From the NCBI GenBank assembly GCA_012295275.1, contig CM022665.1:41168001-41232000 (forward strand): 64,000 nt of DNA, in the 5' to 3' direction. Below the pieces are notes generated by a model. It searched no databases. It was not told the DNA's origin and was given only the letters and a program-made list of their open reading frames with translations. Shown in pieces: positions 54,642 through 64,000 of this stretch (the stretch's first letter is position 1; every line of letters begins with the position of its first letter). This DNA is from Chrysomallon squamiferum (lineage: Eukaryota; Animalia; Mollusca). The position numbers were made by a program, and so were the translations under genes.

Positions 54642-55148
54642 GGGGGGCTATAGAAACCAATCTTTACTAACAGTAAAGTTTTTCAACAGTATAAAAGTTC
54701 TCAGCTTTCTGAGAAATCTGCTTTTTCCTGTATTTGTTTTTTGTGTATTCAAAGATGAGGTATTTTAAAGTCCATTAATCCATTGCTGCGACATTTTATT
54801 TTTGCTAGTTATTTACTGTCTTTTTGAACAATAGGAACATATTAATCTACATGTAATTCTTTAATGGTACCCAAACTTATCTTACTTTCAACATCTTGTC
54901 TGGCTAGATTATTAAACTTTTATTCAGTTTCATATACAGGATGTAAAATTCAGTTATGTGAATTGTGAAATTTCAGATTTATCGTTAGTCCACTGTAATG
55001 GAAAATGATCTCATTATTTTTTCTTAATTTTTGTTTTATTTTCAGTTTTAACCAGCTGTGTTTACCTGACTATGACAGCATCGAACATTTTCACAGTGCG
55101 CTGTTGTTAGCTATTAATGAAGGAAACCAAGGATTTGGAATGGTTTAG
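1733..55148 (+). CDS. AREL1: Apoptosis-resistant E3 ubiquitin ligase 1 (AREL1/KIAA0317) orthologue, 19 coding exons, 2931 nt, 976 aa
   Basis: join(1733..1916,4208..4382,6578..6813,31338..31576,38927..39164,44165..44328,44928..45096,47412..47545,48028..48105,48739..48880,49506..49627,50100..50175,50880..50992,51519..51698,52127..52252,52742..52930,53778..53864,54300..54475,55046..55148). All introns are GT-AG and phase-consistent. Motifs KPKKVFVYISPKQ, KNIGGSETFQDK, LDWGGLQREWF, YFETDDPEFYKSK and LPTAHTCFNQLCLP match AREL1. Linking exons 1-3 to exon 4 rests on phase compatibility only. Confidence 0.92.
3940..4198. repeat. Compound (TCA/TTG/TTA)n microsatellite abutting the exon 2 acceptor
   Basis: Directly visible trinucleotide runs. 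Confidence 0.95.
4208..4382 (+). CDS. AREL1: AREL1 exon 2
   Basis: tctccag|GG ATA GAA...AAT TT|gtaagc, phase 1-2; GIECLEDIVML...FECWLHENGFGDCRN. Confidence 0.8.
5800..6610 (+). repeat. Degenerate ~130-bp tandem repeat (~6 copies); last unit contains the exon 3 acceptor
   Basis: Recurring tcatgtttttgttttag-attgaag..tttagtctgta..aataatgtcacattttaaat. Confidence 0.85.
6578..6813 (+). CDS. AREL1: AREL1 exon 3
   Basis: gttttag|A CTG AAG...TAT TTT T|gtaagt, phase 2-1; open frame LKKFSLYTADDI...PYDPRYF. Confidence 0.78.
11120..11885. repeat. Minisatellite, ~55-60-bp unit, ~12 copies
   Basis: ttttctggctaatattataaaccctggtttttatctctgtaattcattaaata. Confidence 0.92.
13030..13465. repeat. Minisatellite, ~21-bp degenerate unit
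   Basis: ttatttgttaacattattcca recurring. Confidence 0.85.
14663..14913. mobile_element. Non-autonomous hAT-like MITE (~250 bp)
   Basis: Termini CAGTAGCATGCAGAGG / CCTCTGCATGCCACTT are inverted; 8-bp TSD cacaggca / cataggca (7/8); internal direct repeat tggccccaggcatc. Confidence 0.8.
15044..15505. repeat. Minisatellite, ~31-33-bp unit, ~13 copies
   Basis: aacaaacattatcttgttcataggatcattatg; first four copies near-perfect. Confidence 0.92.
15980..16590. repeat. Degenerate (TG/TA)-rich low-complexity tract
   Basis: tgtgttatttgt..atgcttagtgtgt recurring. Confidence 0.85.
21280..22010 (+). repeat. Degenerate ~90-bp tandem repeat rich in CAGGT
   Basis: ggttattaag..acaggtaaacacatttattgacaggta..ttcaggtgataacta recurring. 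Confidence 0.8.
31011..31205. mobile_element. piggyBac-like MITE (~195 bp)
   Basis: TTAA|CCGTTTGAACCCA ... TGGGTTCAAAGGG|TTAA: inverted termini with TTAA TSD. Confidence 0.75.
31338..31576 (+). CDS. AREL1: AREL1 exon 4: TM segment plus start of filamin-like repeat
   Basis: attcag|AT TTC TTG...ATA AGG|gtgagt; IFDFFTGRYLAPQCCTVGWEWDE..VGRTVAF resembles human IYDYVRGNYLDPRSCKVSWDWKD..VGHSMAF. Confidence 0.92.
38927..39164 (+). CDS. AREL1: AREL1 exon 5 (filamin-like repeat)
   Basis: tttcag|TTT TAT CAG...CCA G|gtattt; VSFTVHRSGEYKISVMIGARHIRGSPF is a filamin signature. Confidence 0.95.
39281..39420 (+). mobile_element. Decayed tRNA-derived SINE head
   Basis: A-box-like TAGCTTATCTGTAGA and B-box-like GGATCAGTTC at tRNA-like spacing; no intact cloverleaf. 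Confidence 0.45.
42243..42585. repeat. GA-rich purine minisatellite
   Basis: gagatggagagttagagaaa units. Confidence 0.9.
44165..44328 (+). CDS. AREL1: AREL1 exon 6
   Basis: gcgcag|GT CCT ATT...AGA GAG|gtagtt; GPIDASKT...HPLQIETRDSFGN (absent from the ORF track). Confidence 0.93.
44928..45096 (+). CDS. AREL1: AREL1 exon 7
   Basis: tttcag|TCA GGC...AGT C|gtaagt; RAGCYHAKVSY..NGDFDIVVLS. Confidence 0.93.
45575..45762 (-). mobile_element. Decayed tRNA-derived SINE
   Basis: Minus strand: TAACTCAGCGATGG (A box), GGATCAATCC (B box), core cttgctgctaatcagaaacagtagcc shared with the 48441 fragment. Confidence 0.55.
45787..46695. repeat. ~33-bp minisatellite interrupted by the Tigger-like element
   Basis: aaattatttcttaaaaccattccactg units on both sides of the insertion. 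Confidence 0.85.
45877..46556. mobile_element. Tc1/mariner (pogo/Tigger-like) non-autonomous element (680 bp)
   Basis: TA|CAGTATTCCCTCGCTATTCGCGG ... CCGCGAATAGGTGAGGGTATACTG|TA; subterminal CCGCGAATA repeats; CpG-rich; no transposase ORF. Confidence 0.9.
47412..47545 (+). CDS. AREL1: AREL1 exon 8
   Basis: ccatag|CT AAT GAA...CCC AAG|gtttgt; YEARL..EKPKKVFVYISPK. Confidence 0.93.
48028..48105 (+). CDS. AREL1: AREL1 exon 9
   Basis: tttcag|CAA TTA...ACA AAG|gtgaga; QLTLKEFYLKIIGKKLYTFRVCPSTK. Confidence 0.95.
48441..48585 (+). mobile_element. SINE core/3' fragment with A tail
   Basis: ggtgcatataaaagaacccttactgctaatc..agttgccc resembles the 45575 copy and ends in a poly(A) run. Confidence 0.5.
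48739..48880 (+). CDS. AREL1: AREL1 exon 10
   Basis: tttcag|TTT ATA...ATA G|gtaaat; IDDGAQPP..NIIAATF..LKNIG. Confidence 0.95.
49506..49627 (+). CDS. AREL1: AREL1 exon 11
   Basis: tttcag|GT GGC TCT...TAT AGT|gtgagt; GGSETFQDKQIFF. Confidence 0.95.
50100..50175 (+). CDS. AREL1: AREL1 exon 12 (HECT start)
   Basis: ttacag|TCT TAT...CCA G|gtatgt; SYKATKHFDLGDWCKRFEITFLDEPG. Confidence 0.95.
50880..50992 (+). CDS. AREL1: AREL1 exon 13 (HECT)
   Basis: tttcag|GT TTA GAC TGG...GGC CTG|gtaata; LDWGGLQREWFELLC. Confidence 0.96.
51519..51698 (+). CDS. AREL1: AREL1 exon 14 (HECT)
   Basis: tattag|GTT CAT CCA...TAC AAG|gtatgt; VHPNPKRP..YEFAGKIVGKCLYE..ARFSRSFLAQLIGLR. Confidence 0.96.
52127..52252 (+). 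CDS. AREL1: AREL1 exon 15 (HECT)
   Basis: tcctag|TAC TTT GAA...CTA AAG|gtaaaa; YFETDDPEFYKSKIKFI. Confidence 0.96.
52250..52545 (+). repeat. ~23-bp degenerate repeat starting at the exon 15 donor
   Basis: (a/c)aggtaa..ttgttat units. Confidence 0.75.
52742..52930 (+). CDS. AREL1: AREL1 exon 16 (HECT)
   Basis: acacag|GTT GTT GAC...TTG GAG|gtttgt; VVDLIPNGSRIPVTNKNK..FLKGLNELIPDNLLSIFDENELE. Confidence 0.96.
53778..53864 (+). CDS. AREL1: AREL1 exon 17 (HECT)
   Basis: ctacag|TTG TTG ATG...ACA AAG|gtttct; LLMCGTGNYSIADFK. Confidence 0.95.
54300..54475 (+). CDS. AREL1: AREL1 exon 18 (HECT C-lobe; catalytic Cys codon split TG|T)
   Basis: taacag|GTT CTC GAC TGG...CAC ACG TG|gtcagt; WFWTIV..ARLLQFTTGCSQLPPGGF..LPTAHTC. 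Confidence 0.96.
55046..55148 (+). CDS. AREL1: AREL1 exon 19, terminal coding part
   Basis: tttcag|T TTT AAC CAG...ATG GTT TAG; FNQLCLPDYDS..LAINEGNQGFGMV* keeps the HECT -4 Phe. Confidence 0.96.
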
Positions 55149-55416
55149 TGAAATCTGAAAAAGAAAACTTCACATTATAGATTTATTCGCTGCTAATAAA
55201 GCAAACTATGGTTTCAGAATGATCCAGTGACTTTTGAGAAAACATTACAATTACAATATACTTTTATCAGCTGTTAATACAGGAAACTGTGGATTCAGGG
55301 TGTGAAATTGGAAATGAGTTACATTCAATACTCGTAATAAGATATTAATAGTGGAAATCAAAGGATCCAGTGACATTTGGAAACATTTTACAGTATGCTT
55401 TTATTAACTATATATG

Positions 55417-55472
<56 letters not shown>

Positions 55473-55945
55473 AGGGTTCAGGATGGTCTAGTGATGTTGG
55501 AAAATGTTTCCACTCAGAACTTTTGACAAGATATTAATAACAGAAATCAAGTATTTGAAATGGTCCAGTGAAATTTGTAAAAAAAACGTCACAGTATAAA
55601 TTTATCTGCTATTAATAAAGCAAAACGTGGGTTCAGGATGATTTTGTGAAACTGGAAGACATTTCCACAGTGCTGACTATTGTCAGCTGTTAAAAATAGA
55701 AATCAGGGATTTGGGACATGGTCTAGGTAAATCCTGACCCCAGTGCTGTACACTGTCCTTGGCTAATAATGAAGGATTCAAGATGTTTAGCAAAAAACTT
55801 CAGTTCTGCTTTATTGATAGTTATTACTGATGGAATCCAGTGATTCAGTATGGCCTAACGGAAACTCTAAAAAATTTTTTAAAAAAATGCAGCTTATTGT
55901 TACTGTTAATAAAATATACTAAATGGTGTAGTGGAAACTGGAAAT
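55084..55945 (+). repeat. Degenerate ~75-bp tandem repeat whose first unit is the AREL1 C-terminal coding sequence
   Basis: acattt..cacagt..agctattaat..ggaaac..ggatt..atggt.tagtgaaa units, ~11 copies. Confidence 0.8.
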
Positions 55946-58494
55946 CAGTGAAGGAATCTGGTGAATCTTGAATTTGGAACTGTTTGCTTAAGAAAAGACC
56001 ATTCATTTTCAAAATTAATGGTTTTTTTTTTATCTAAGAAGTGCTTTGAACAGAATTCCTTCTTTTCTGCTTTAATACTCAGAATCAGTATTCTAGAAGA
56101 CTCTAAATATTAAAAAGTATCTTCCTTTTTTTCCTCTCTCTTTTTTTTAAAATAATGGATCTTGTATGTCACTTGTTGATAAATCCAAAGAATCAGTGAA
56201 ACTTGACTGATTTGTAACTCTTTGGAATCATTAAGCTTGCTGATTTAATGTATAAAATAGATACAATTTTCTGATAATTAAAATACTTCAGTGGAGTTTT
56301 CTTATTTCTATGCCAGACCATATCACACCAAAAATAAAACACTAATGGATCATTCTGTACAAAAATGCATCAATCAGATTTGCTGATAGTTGAATCATAC
56401 TAACCTGCATACCGGGATTTGCTGAAAATTGTCAGTGCTGATTTCAGACTTAAGAAGATGTACTGGTGGAAATTTGCTGAATATACATATATATATGAAT
56501 TTATAGACTTTACATCAAACGAAATACACCTTTTTATATATATACATAATGTATATGTAAGCTAAGTTTTATACAGCTTAATAGAAGCTTGTTCATGCTG
56601 AGAAAGGATCAAACATGAAGATATGATCATGATCAAGATCACAATTAGTGCTTGCAAGATAGAGTTCTGCTGATAAAGAATTTTTATCATGATCTTTCTT
56701 AGGACTTAAAACATCTGCTGATCATATAAATACAGTCTTTTTGGAGTTTATTCATGCTGAAAGGAAAACAATTGTGGTATGTGCTGCACCGTCCCTTGAC
56801 CAGTATAAAAATGTATGATTCATATGTCTAAGTGACCAGAGATTTTTTGTTGTATATTGAAAATAGATGAACAAAAAGTAGTATGTGCTTTTAATTGGAA
56901 ATATCGTGCACACAGCATTGTTTTATTTCATGTTTCAAATCTTTCAAGTCTACAAACTGTTCTGCATGATATTCATGTGTGAGTAATTCTGTTGTGCGTT
57001 TTTCCAGAAGATGGGCCAAATCTTTCAGAGCGTTTCTGGTGCAATATAATACCTAAATAGAAGGACTTCACACACTCACACATGTAAAACACTTCAACTG
57101 AAACTTACAGTATCTCTTAATAACTGTAAATCATAAATATATGTATAATTTTGTATTTAGAAAATTTTCCATAGATAATTTAAACATGTGTGTTTCAAGC
57201 ATTTTAAAACTTTCTGGTAAAACCAGAAATATTGTGTGACTTCTAAGATGGAATTATTTATTTGTTTATTTATTTATTTATTTATTTATTAATATTGAAG
57301 TGATAGTTTTTCTTATTTCCAAATTTATTGCTTTATTTGAAATTTAGACACCGACTTTTAATTATAATACAGTTTGCAACAAATTAATGAGTTCTGTTTC
57401 CTGTTAAACCAGAAAGTATTCTGAATTATAAAAAATTTAGTGTTTGCATTGCTATTGAATTAAACTACATTATGAATTTATTAAACTTTGTAGTTTGTAT
57501 GTTTGAGTTATTGAATGAAACTGTATTCTGAAGTATTTAAACTTGAGTTAGTTCTCATCTTTTACTGAATGAGAGTAATAGGCTTTTTGTTGTTGTTGTT
57601 TTTGTGGGGGAAGAGGTGTGTTTTTTTTGTTGTTTTTTTTTTTGGGGGGGGGGGTTGTTTGTTTAATTTGTTTCTTTGTTAATATATATTTGTTTAAAAA
57701 GAAAACCTTTTTATTTTCCAATGTAGTATATTTATTTTCTGAATAAATATTATACTTCAAACATAGTATATAGTTAAAATAAAAAAATATTGAAGAAACT
57801 GAAAAATTGTTAATTTGCCTTCAAAACACAGTGTTAGATTTAGACTATAAGGATTTTGTTTCACTGATAAAAACATGGATTTTCAGTATATATACAAATA
57901 GTGTATATGACACACACACACACACACACACACATACAAACACATTATTAAGACATTAGTAAATATAAACCATAGGTTAGAATGGGATAATTTTATTACA
58001 GCTGAACCCACCTGTCAAAAGTAACCAATGTAAATGGATGAAGTTTTAGTTTTATTTTGATAAGTGAAACTTAAAACATATTTATAAATTTTAAAAATAA
58101 TAATCTTTATTATTATCTTAATGAAATGAGCATTTGTTTATTTTTGGACTATTTTTCATTTAGTAAAATAAACAAAATTAAAACGAAACTGGAGTTTTCT
58201 GGGTTAGAATATGCTGCTTAAAACTATTTATATGGATAATTATTTCAATTAAGGTGTTGTGAGTAATATTTTCAGATACTGTATTTATTGTTTTGTTAAT
58301 AAAACATTGTTTAATAAATAACAATATTAACTTCAGTAAATTGTTTAATTTGTTCTACGGTTATTCATTTATGATGACAGTAAACCAAAGACTGTTAGCC
58401 TTCGAATTGTTTTAATATTAAATTAGTATTCAGATTTATGTAACTATGCATGAATGATAATATCTGTGTGCATAGGTAAATGTTTATGACTGTG

Positions 58495-58529
<35 letters not shown>

Positions 58530-59777
58530 ACACACTCAAAAGCACAAACACATATATTTTGAGACTGTCTGTCTAAATGGGTAGATATATGTCAATGTGT
58601 TGCTGTTTGGGTTTTTAAGTCTGTGTTTCTGTGTGTCTGTCTGTGTGCACATATGTATAAAACTTGTAAATATGCTGGAATGGCTGCCACTGGATCACAT
58701 TACATGAAATTTCAACTTTTAATTTTTAATGTTCAGAAACTTCAAAAGTCAGTGTAGATTTATTTTATATTTACCTCATACGTAAGTTGCAATTTTCTGT
58801 TAATGTTCAGAAACTTTGAGTATAGATGTTAATATCGTTTTAATTTAATTGTTTGTTTTTTGGGGTTTATTTTTAATGTTTTAGTGTTTGGTGAATATAA
58901 GTTGAATAAACATTTTAATTTGTAATTTGTAATGTTCTGAAACTTTGAATTCAAACTCTGAATGCAGATTTAGGTAAGTATTGTTTTAGTTTATTTATTG
59001 CAAATCTGAATATGATTCAATGAAATACATTTAAAAAAAAAAAAAAATTCATTTATTTAATCATTTAATCAGAATAATATTAATTGTTATTCCATTAAAT
59101 TATATTCATTAATATAAAAGTGTATATTATATGAGCAAATAGCCTGCATACCACAGAGTGACTGTTTTATTTGGTACTAGACAACCAACCTTTACTAGTA
59201 ATGAAGTATGGCGTTAGGATTCAAGCTAGGATAGAAAAATGGGAAGAAGTGACATCTACCTTTAGATATATCACAGAAAAATGAGGAACTTTAGGGAGAT
59301 GTAAGGTTTTGTGAAGGAGAAATCAGAGAGTTGGAAGAAACCAAGCTTTTGTCACAAAACATAAAATTAAACATCTATAATGTATGCATCGATATTCTGT
59401 TTTAACAAAAACAACATCTTTAACAGAATATTTTATATCGTATCACTAGTGGTAAAATTATTTAATAAAAGTTTTATTCTGATATTAGTTTACATTAATC
59501 ATTCATTAATCTGTGTGGCTTGCTTAGAAATGTAAGAAAAAATCTAACCCATACCGACAATAATGTGCATTTTTTCTTCTTTTTTTTTTTCATCTTTTGA
59601 ATGAAACTAATAATTTACAAGATAAACATGTGTTTAAACTGTCTGTTGACATCATGTTAAAAAGTGCTAAATATCAAACAATTAAACAAAATGTGTTCAT
59701 TATATAATTGCTATGAGATTAAACGAAAATGTGCATTATATGATTATGATTATTATGAAAAATGTTTGTTCATTATG

Positions 59778-60066
59778 CAGGTCGGGGATCTCTTACCCAG
59801 TAATTGGGACCAGAAATGTTTCAGGTTTTGGTGTATAAGGAGACAAAATATTAAACACAAAACTCATTGGTATTTTGTATATAGCTTGTACAGATAGTCC
59901 ACTGGTATTTTATTTAATATTTTAAATAAATTTGTGCATTAAATTACAGTTACGAACAACTCATCTTTTGGAAAATGTAATATACAACAATCTCAACTGC
60001 TCAAAAATGTTTCGGATTTCAGAAGTTTTAGGATTTCAGAATTTCAGAAAAAGGATCCTCAGCCTG
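59778..60066. mobile_element. Degenerate Tigger/MER46-type MITE (~290 bp)
   Basis: CAGGTCGGGGATCTCTT..GGGACCAGAAATGTTTCAGG ... TCGGATTTCAGA..AGGATCCTCAGCCTG; inverted termini and internal GGATTTC repeats; TA TSD eroded. Confidence 0.7.
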
Positions 60067-61151
60067 TTATATTGTCATTTCTGTGAAATGCAGTTTATGA
60101 TCATTTTTGTTATGATTATTGCCAGATATTTGTGAAATATTTGTTTGTGAGCATAATCATACATGTATTGTGATACGAAGGCATCCATTTTTCATATAAA
60201 TAAACAATGCAATTGAATGAATGTTTTTATTTTTTGTGTGTTTAATTGATTCTGTTGTCAAGCTTTTTTTTTTTTTGCTTTTTTTTTATGTTATGAAAAT
60301 TAAAAAAGTTAGTTAAAAAAAATGTTTTAAAATAATCATGATCTGAATTAGAATCATAGCAAATCTTCTCCATCTTTTGGGGTTTTTTTCCCCCCACATC
60401 ATTGTAAAAGTAAATGTTGTGGAAAAATAATAATAATATTAATAATGAAATAAGATGAATAAATAAATAAATTATAATAATAATGAAATAATAAATAAAA
60501 CTAATAATGTAATTTGTAACATACAGTTTAATGTAAATAATTATTACAATGTTATTATTACTGTTATTGTTATTTTCATTGTTATTGATATTTTTATTGT
60601 TATTCCATCATTATCATTATCAACTACAGTATTAAAAGCAATCAGATATAAATAACTAGGAAAGGGACATAAAACCAATATTCATTTTGTCCAAACTTCA
60701 CACAGGAAATGCATTAACTATTCAAACAAATCAGGCATTTATCTATTAACTTTAATGTTACAATGAGAGATAGACAATAACAAAACAAAGTGATTAACGA
60801 TGCGATGCCTCAGCTAGTAAACTCTCTGTCACATTTAAACAAAAAATAGATTAACTGAAAAACATGCTTTATTTGTTTAGCTTTCAGTTTAATGGTTGTG
60901 GACATAAATAAACATAAATTAAAACAATGAAAGAGAAATGATTAAACTGCATAGATCCTGAATTGGAATCTCACTTCATTTTTGTTATTCACTGTGGAAG
61001 CAACGACTTATTATACTGAAACGTTTGTTTGTTTGATTGTTGTTATTGTTTTGCATGCTCAGATGCTGATTAGCTGTAAGGGAAAATCAACTGTTGAATC
61101 TTAATTTTGTTAATTTACTAATAAACAAGGTTGCTATTCTATTGCTTCATC

Positions 61152-62093
61152 ATGCTACAACAAACGTTAAAACCACTGACGACATCGATGAAAATATTCG
61201 GTATTTATCATTTACAAAACAGCACGAAAGTACGTTCACCAACAGTGCTAGGATCGCAGCAACAAACATGGAAAAAGACGGTACAGAACATTTTCAGTTT
61301 TCGTCTTTATGCTTTTTTAATTATGTTTTTCTTCTGGCTGAACTTTTTGCGGTGCATCATAGGCTTTGTGCCTGTTGATTCAGAATTAAACTTGAGAATT
61401 ATTTTGCTGATGTGGTTTTCTCTGGTTGCGCTTTGTTCAACCATAATGGTCATCGCTTGTGAAAGATCTACGCACCTGCAGTTGTACTACAAGCTTTGGA
61501 ATGATGTTTACGACGCGGCCAGTACAATTTTATCTGATCTGAAACTGTCGAGAATTGTTTTAATCGGAACTACAGTAAGCTGGATCACAGTGATCGTGGA
61601 TCTCATCGCAATAATCGCACTTTTCTTCTGGGACAAGAACGGCTTCAATCAGCAGTTCGTGAAACCGTTTCCTCTTAACAACGTTACGTCTGCTGTTTCC
61701 TGTATCATTGTCATTTTAACAAGTGGCATTGTGTCCTTTTCGATTGCATATTTTATTGTTCTCTGTCACATCATCAAAACCTGCTTTTATAAACTGTCCG
61801 AATTTCTCAAAGACAAAATTAAAAATGGCGGCGACGGGACTCTCGAAACTTTGAGGCAGTGTCGACAACTCCATGTAAATCTTTACGAGTGTGTTTCTGT
61901 GCTGGACAGGACGTTTGGTATGTTAGTGGTCGTTTTTCTTTCTACCAACATTCCTCAATGTTGTTTCATTCTGTATCAGTTCATCAATTACTCTCTGAGT
62001 GTGATCATGCTTGCAGTATGTCTGCTGTGGTTGGTATCAAGTATCTCCATCTTGTTGACTGTAACTATCAGTGCAGCCCTGGTACACGAAGCC
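61152..62093 (+). CDS. Gustatory receptor-like (GRL/7TMIC family) gene, long first coding exon, TM1-TM6
   Basis: MLQQTLKPLTTSMKIFGIY start, six hydrophobic helices, R..H..L...V..LD..F motif before TM5, ends LVHEA|gtaagt (phase 0) as in invertebrate GRLs. Confidence 0.85.
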
Positions 62094-62184
62094 GTAAGTA
62101 TTGTTTATCACATGTACACGAAATAAAAACAGAAGAAAATTCCGCATTAAAACAATATTTAAAAAAAAACCGGTACGTTTAGAC

Positions 62185-62516
62185 CAGAGGTCCTCAATCT
62201 TTGACCCGCGGGCCATGTCCGGCCCGCGAGGGATTTTGGTCCGGCTCGCCAACTGAACACTTGGACGCTAGTTATCCGGCCAGATGGCAATCCTGATCTA
62301 ACAACATCATTAGATACTGTGGTTTTATTACAGTTTATTCACAATTATCATATTATTTTAACATATTATTGTATTTACATCTGTTGTCGCTATTTCTTAT
62401 TTCTCCATACTGATTACTTTGCATTTTTTATTTATAATACATTTGATATTTGGGCCTTCTTCAGAACATTGCAGAGCTATCTTGCCCTCTTCTCTCCAAA
62501 AGGTTGCCGATCGCTG
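62185..62516. mobile_element. hAT (Charlie-like) non-autonomous element in GRL intron 1 (332 bp)
   Basis: CAGAGGTCCTCAA..CCCGCGGGCC..CCGGCCCGCG 5' end and AAAAGGTTGCCGATCGCTG 3' end; 8-bp TSD gtttagac / atttagac. Confidence 0.85.
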
Positions 62517-62852
62517 ATTTAGACGAAAATCAGAAAGAACGCAATTTTTTTAAATCATTTACTCCAATAACTTTTAAAAATTGTGTATGTTTAGACAAAA
62601 AGGTAAAAAATTACAGAATCTTTAAAGATCATTTTGTTTTAAATTATTCACTTCCGTGATAACTTAACCCTTTCAGAATACAGAAAGTAAATGATCGTCT
62701 TTAGTACACAGTATTATATACTGTGACTAAACTGGGGCAAACAAAATTGTAAAAACATATATTTCTTAGTGTTATCAGCAGATTAATTTTGTAGGCCGTG
62801 GCGAATTCTGCATGATATAAGCCTTGTAAACTTCGTATTTTAATTTATTCAG

Positions 62853-62921
62853 GCACATTCCCCGTTAGATGAAATTTTCAAACTTCAGAGCTACAGCCTG
62901 AGCACAGACGATGCAGTCCAG
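62853..62921 (+). CDS. GRL gene exon 2 (AHSPLDEIFKLQSYSLSTDDAVQ); remaining exon(s) with TM7 lie beyond the window
   Basis: ttattcag|GCA CAT...GTC CAG|gtaaac; 69 nt, phase 0-0, continues HEA-AH. Confidence 0.8.
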
Positions 62922-63056
62922 GTAAACTTTTGTTTAGCTTTGTTACTTTTTAAACTAGTATAACTTAAAATTATTGAAGTATAATTCAGATAACAAAAAA
63001 GAAAACAACAGCATCAACAAAAAGAAACGAAAAAGGAGTAGTAGTAGTAGTAGTAA

Positions 63057-63106
<50 letters not shown>

Positions 63107-64000
63107 AATAAATAAATAGCAGATTATCTGTAACTCCAGAAACATCAAATGTGTTTATTCATCTGTTCATTCATTGGTTCATTTATTTATTAAATTATTC
63201 TTTCAATCAAACATAGCTTTTCATTTTCTAGATAATTCTTTGAAAGTCTTTAGAAAATACAAATTAAAAACTCTTATTATTATTGTTGTTGCTGTTGTTA
63301 AAGAATTCATCTCATAAAACGTTTTATAACAACAACAACAATAAAATATTTTATAAACTGAACATGAATATAAGAGACAGTGGCAAATGGTAACATGCAT
63401 CATTCATCATCATTGCTTACTGTCACTGTCACTGTCATCATCATCATCATCAAACTTATTATTATTATTACGTACTATATAGAGGTAATGTATATTTAAA
63501 CAGACAGCACATTTTCATTTCAAAATTCAAGAAGACTAAAATCAACTTAAAACCGATAAAACAAAAAGAAATACATAATTCAAAATAACAAAAAAGCAGT
63601 AAATGGATGTACGCATACCTGATGTTTGTCAAATATGGACACTTCCATTATCACGGCATCTTATTACATGGAATATTTCTCAATTATTTATACAACTGAA
63701 GCTTTCCAACATTAAACTGAGCCCTTTAGTATTTCTGAAGAAATGTATATTTAATACAGCTGTGGATGGTTCAATATTGGATGGAATTTTAATCGAAAAC
63801 TTAAACACATATATTGCGAAGACTAAAAAAACGTCAGACATTTGTTGAGATGGGTCTCGTATTTTTGTTATCTTTGTTTTCTGTTTGCATCTTGTGTACA
63901 GAATCAACTGGAAAAACAAAATGTACGCATACCTGATATTAATCGAATACGGGACACTTCCATTATCAAAGCATCTTATTACACCCAGTAAATATTTATT

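Noticed and set aside
61094-62252. Overlapping alternative-frame ORFs (61094..61378, 61859..62182, 62037..62252)
   Set aside because: Shadow frames of the GRL exon and the hAT element.
62664-62700. TTAA|CCCTTTCAG piggyBac-like end
   Set aside because: No matching opposite terminus found in the window.

Overview
AT-rich, microsatellite-dense animal genomic DNA. A lophotrochozoan, probably a mollusc, is inferred from the gustatory-receptor-like gene and the repeat types. Three protein-coding genes were built by hand from splice sites and reading phase. (1) The 5' end of a minus-strand CAP-Gly gene resembling tubulin-specific chaperone E (TBCE). (2) Head-to-head with it, about 585 bp apart, a complete 19-exon plus-strand AREL1/KIAA0317-type filamin-repeat HECT E3 ligase (1733..55148, 976 aa, all GT-AG introns phase-consistent) with a 24.5-kb third intron. 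(3) The first two exons of a gustatory-receptor-like (GRL/7TMIC) gene that continues past the window. Five short non-autonomous DNA transposons (two Tigger/pogo-like, two hAT-like, one piggyBac-like), tRNA-SINE remnants and many minisatellites are present. The main observations are an extra N-terminal TM-SAM-like-SAM-like-TM module on this AREL1, repeated local tandem copies of its exon boundaries (including a 3' region built from about 11 decayed copies of the final HECT codons), an AG|GT-dense intronic array, candidate alternative exons and enhancer-like islands in the large introns. Most other ORFs in the supplied track are microsatellite artefacts.
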